Shown piece by piece: positions 17,487 to 20,000 of a DNA stretch of 20,000 nt (its first letter is position 1; each line of letters starts with the position of its first letter). The DNA lies in the IMG/VR virus record IMGVR_UViG_3300027659_000029; one strand, written 5' to 3'. Made by a program: the position numbers and the translations under genes. The DNA comes from an uncultured virus (IMG/VR IMGVR_UViG_3300027659_000029). Lineage: Duplodnaviria > Heunggongvirae > Uroviricota > Caudoviricetes. The notes below the pieces were generated by a model that was not told the DNA's origin, searched no databases, and saw only the letters and a program-made list of their open reading frames with translations.

Positions 17487-17954
17487 TTATTTCTGTTGCG
17501 TTTTATTTCTTGCCGATAATTGAGCCACTATTTCGTTAAATTTTGAGTATAAATTGGTAAGAGATAATGCTTGTTTGTAAAAAGAAATAGTAATTGCAGA
17601 ACGATAATAAAGTTCTTGTTGTGTGATGCTTGTGTGTAAATCCCAAATCCCATTTTTTCGTCCCAAGTATCTTGTTTTTAATGTCTTATTGAGTCTTTTT
17701 AAGTTTATAGCTTCTATTTGTGTGAATTCTGGTTTATTCCCCGTAATCTCCTCGTAAAACACAACCCATTGTGTTACTAATTCGCTCCAATAAGGAGTAG
17801 AATTATCTGGTTTAAATACATTATTAAAATATTCTTGTAAAGACTCAGTAATGGGATTTAATAATTTAGGATCAATAAAAAGACCGTGTGATTCTAAAAT
17901 ATATTTAATCCCTTCATTGAATGAAATTTTTGATTTTTTTGTTTTTAATTTCAT
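17487..17954 (-). CDS. Hypothetical protein, possibly related to initiator C-terminal domains
   Basis: 155 aa, helical; ends 'LTNLYSKFNEIVAQ'. Confidence 0.65.
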   Translation of the reverse strand: MKLKTKKSKISFNEGIKYILESHGLFIDPKLLNPITESLQEYFNNVFKPDNSTPYWSELVTQWVVFYEEITGNKPEFTQIEAINLKRLNKTLKTRYLGRKNGIWDLHTSITQQELYYRSAITISFYKQALSLTNLYSKFNEIVAQLSARNKTQQK

Positions 17955-17965
17955 AAATGTAATAA

Positions 17966-18325
17966 TTATTGCTCTTCAACTTTGAATGTACCATCCAATA
18001 TATGACCTGCACACTCTTCAAGAATACGCCTTTGTTCGTCTGTCATATTTGATGACATTGTAATAATATTTTGGAACGATAGTGTTTCCCAATTATCCAT
18101 TACTTCTTTTTTTATTATATCGGCATACTTTGTAGATACAGATAAATAAATATCTTTTTCTACACCACGAAGTCTACTTATTATCATCAAAAATTTATTT
18201 TTTGAATTCCCCTGTAACGCCTCTTCTATAATAATCATTTCCGCATTTTTAATAGAATTTGCTGTATTCATCAATATTTGTTTGATATACATTGCGGTAA
18301 AATTGCTTTTATTTATTGTGTCCAT
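17966..18325 (-). CDS. Hypothetical protein
   Basis: ORF track start is 18370; ATG 18325 (MDTINK) has an A-rich leader and no overlap with the upstream gene. Confidence 0.6.
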   Translation of the reverse strand: MDTINKSNFTAMYIKQILMNTANSIKNAEMIIIEEALQGNSKNKFLMIISRLRGVEKDIYLSVSTKYADIIKKEVMDNWETLSFQNIITMSSNMTDEQRRILEECAGHILDGTFKVEEQ

Positions 18326-18357
18326 ATTTTTTTTAATGTTTTTAAATAATGTTATTA

Positions 18358-18582
18358 TTAACTTACCCATTGAAAATCTCTCCTATCTTCAAGCAATTCA
18401 TCTTTGTCAACAATATTTTTTTTTACTCTTGTATTTTTACCTCTACCACTTTTACATGATATGCCTTCTTTGTGAAGAACTTGGTCAATTTGATTTAATG
18501 AGCAATCAAACATTGCTTTAAACTCATTTCTTGTGTGTTTTAGGTGGTTCTTAATAAGAAACTCTTTGTCTTTTGGTAACAT
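18358..18582 (-). CDS. Small basic protein, possible HTH
   Basis: 74 aa; 'TRNEFKAMFDCSLNQIDQVLHKEGI' is HTH-like. Confidence 0.55.
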   Translation of the reverse strand: MLPKDKEFLIKNHLKHTRNEFKAMFDCSLNQIDQVLHKEGISCKSGRGKNTRVKKNIVDKDELLEDRRDFQWVS

Positions 18583-18597
18583 AATTATTAATTGGTT

Positions 18598-18843
18598 TTA
18601 TTTTTTTTTAATTGAAATTTCGCAATGTACGTCTTGCATTTGCATGCCCAATTTGTCAGCCACCAATTTAATTATACTGATGTGCATTAATGTTTGGCTA
18701 TCCCTTTCAAGCATTCTTCCCAATCCAGCAGGATTAGTATGTAATACATTGCAAATGCTTATATTTAATTCAATTTTAGAATTAATTTCCTCTTTAACCA
18801 TTTTTGTAAACGATCTATTTAATCTTATCCTTTTTTTTGGCAT
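18598..18843 (-). CDS. Cro/XRE-like HTH regulator
   Basis: 81 aa; 'ISICNVLHTNPAGLGRML...IIKLVADKLGM'. First gene of the leftward operon at a divergent intergenic region. Confidence 0.6.
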   Translation of the reverse strand: MPKKRIRLNRSFTKMVKEEINSKIELNISICNVLHTNPAGLGRMLERDSQTLMHISIIKLVADKLGMQMQDVHCEISIKKK

Positions 18844-18935
18844 TTTTTATGCAAAGCAAATACATAAAATTCATTTTTGCAAATTATTTTACAAATAAAA
18901 AGTAAAAAAAATTTTTTTTGTAACAAATGAATTTA

Positions 18936-18943
18936 TAAATTTG
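18936..18943 (+). promoter_or_regulatory. -7 element TAaaTTTG for the rightward early operon
   Basis: Ends 6 nt upstream of ATG 18950. Confidence 0.55.
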
Positions 18944-18949
18944 CACATT

Positions 18950-19753
18950 ATGAAGAACATACACTTAATACCAACATCACAACCAAGTAGGTTATTATGT
19001 AATCACACATTAAAATCATTTTGTTTTCAAAAAGAAGAAAATGGAATGTTTGTTAATGACGGCAAAGTTAGTGGAGCAAGTTTTTGGTCTATTGAAAAAG
19101 CAAAAAATAATGGATTTAATCCTCAACACATCTATATCACTAATGATGAAGTAATTAAAGCAGTTGATTATTTTTGGAAACCCGATTGTAATATGATTTT
19201 CAAAGCAGAGTACACACCACATAAAGGTTGTGAAAAAGTCATATTGACAACAGACCAAGACTTAATTGCTGATGGTGTACAAGCTATTGATGATGAGTTT
19301 TTAGAATGGTTTGTTAAGAACCCAAGTTGTGAGAGGGTTGAGATTGACAAAAATTGGAATTACCCATTAGAAAAAAGTTGGGAATATAAATTAAGAATCA
19401 TTCCAAAAGAAGAACATACTAAGCAGATTAAGTGTTATTGTGGTCACACAACAACTTGTGATTGTAGTCCATTAGAAGAACCTAAACAATTTACTCCTGA
19501 AATATTAGTAGATTTAAAACAGGGTTTAGATAACGCTATACAAAAAAGTAACCCACTGTTTCCAAACTATAAACATTTGAATAGACAAGAAACACTTGAA
19601 GAAGCTAATTGGAAAGTTTTAGGTACAAAGAATGATACATTTTACAATGGTGCTAAATGGCAACAAGAAGATATTTTAGAGCTATTAAAAGTAAATGGAT
19701 ATGAAGATGAACCTATATTTGATTTAATTACTGAACAATTTAAAAAGAAATAA
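18950..19753 (+). CDS. Mosaic phage hypothetical protein ('QETLEEA' family)
   Basis: Start at ATG 18950 (MKNIHLIPT). Modules: QHIYITNDE, KVILTTDQDLIADGVQAIDDEFLEWFVKNPSCE, CYCGHTTTCDC, QETLEEA and GAKWQQE. Confidence 0.75.
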   Translation: MKNIHLIPTSQPSRLLCNHTLKSFCFQKEENGMFVNDGKVSGASFWSIEKAKNNGFNPQHIYITNDEVIKAVDYFWKPDCNMIFKAEYTPHKGCEKVILTTDQDLIADGVQAIDDEFLEWFVKNPSCERVEIDKNWNYPLEKSWEYKLRIIPKEEHTKQIKCYCGHTTTCDCSPLEEPKQFTPEILVDLKQGLDNAIQKSNPLFPNYKHLNRQETLEEANWKVLGTKNDTFYNGAKWQQEDILELLKVNGYEDEPIFDLITEQFKKK

Positions 19754-19786
19754 AATGAGTAAACAAGAAACACTTGAAGAAGCTAA
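19585..19786 (+). repeat. Perfect 24-bp direct repeat ACAAGAAACACTTGAAGAAGCTAA
   Basis: Copies at 19585-19608 and 19763-19786, both encoding QETLEEA in adjacent genes. Confidence 0.9.
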
Positions 19787-20000
19787 ATTAAGACAATTAT
19801 TTAAAAACAGAAGTAATTGCTATGCTGATGCAGATGATGTAGTTCAAACAATGGATGAGGATTGCTTTATTTCAACTATTAATGAATGGCAAAAAGAAAG
19901 AAGTTATAGTGAGGAAGAATTTTTATGTTTTTCTGAATGGGTTTCATCTGAAGATTGGGTTTATTTACCAAGTAAAGGTTATTGGGTAAATGAAGAACAA
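19755..20000 (+). CDS. Second 'QETLEEA' family protein, truncated by window edge
   Basis: Hand-translated from ATG 19755: MSKQETLEEAKLRQLFKNRSNCYADADD...EWQKERSYSEEEF..., open to the edge. Confidence 0.75.
   Translation, partial: MSKQETLEEAKLRQLFKNRSNCYADADDVVQTMDEDCFISTINEWQKERSYSEEEFLCFSEWVSSEDWVYLPSKGYWVNEEQ

Noticed and set aside
9399..19350. Short ORFs at 9399, 9843, 11612, 12714, 18282, 18533, 19016 and 19168
   Set aside because: They lie opposite better-supported genes and have composition typical of antisense frames.
19585..19786. CRISPR array or DGR template/variable repeat
   Set aside because: Only two copies, 154 nt apart, in frame in coding sequence; no adenine-specific mismatches, cas genes or reverse transcriptase.

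Overview
AT-rich segment of a tailed dsDNA phage, most likely infecting Bacteroidota (TAnnTTTG promoter elements, A-rich translation starts). The virion genes look crAss-like/Flavobacterium-phage-like. The minus strand carries, right to left: small HTH and early genes, a DUF4373-like replication initiator, a T7 gp4/Twinkle-type primase-helicase, a putative SSB, a stand-alone secreted/lipoprotein gene, the terminase large subunit, scaffold, major capsid protein, further virion proteins and a truncated CxxC membrane protein. Three plus-strand islands interrupt this: an RHH-like gene with a putative small terminase, an HTH gene, and mosaic 'QETLEEA' early genes. No portal, DNA polymerase, integrase, tRNA or CRISPR array is visible. 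The most striking unexplained structure is the 5' leader of the initiator gene: a promoter, a 9-codon uORF and two interleaved inverted repeats (A-B-A'-B', pseudoknot topology) ending 12 nt before the start codon. Also notable are paired face-to-face promoters, a repeated palindromic operator candidate, a ~65-aa insertion in the primase TOPRIM domain, and Cys-rich virion proteins beside a CxxC membrane protein. Family assignments come from motif recognition only; no searches were run.
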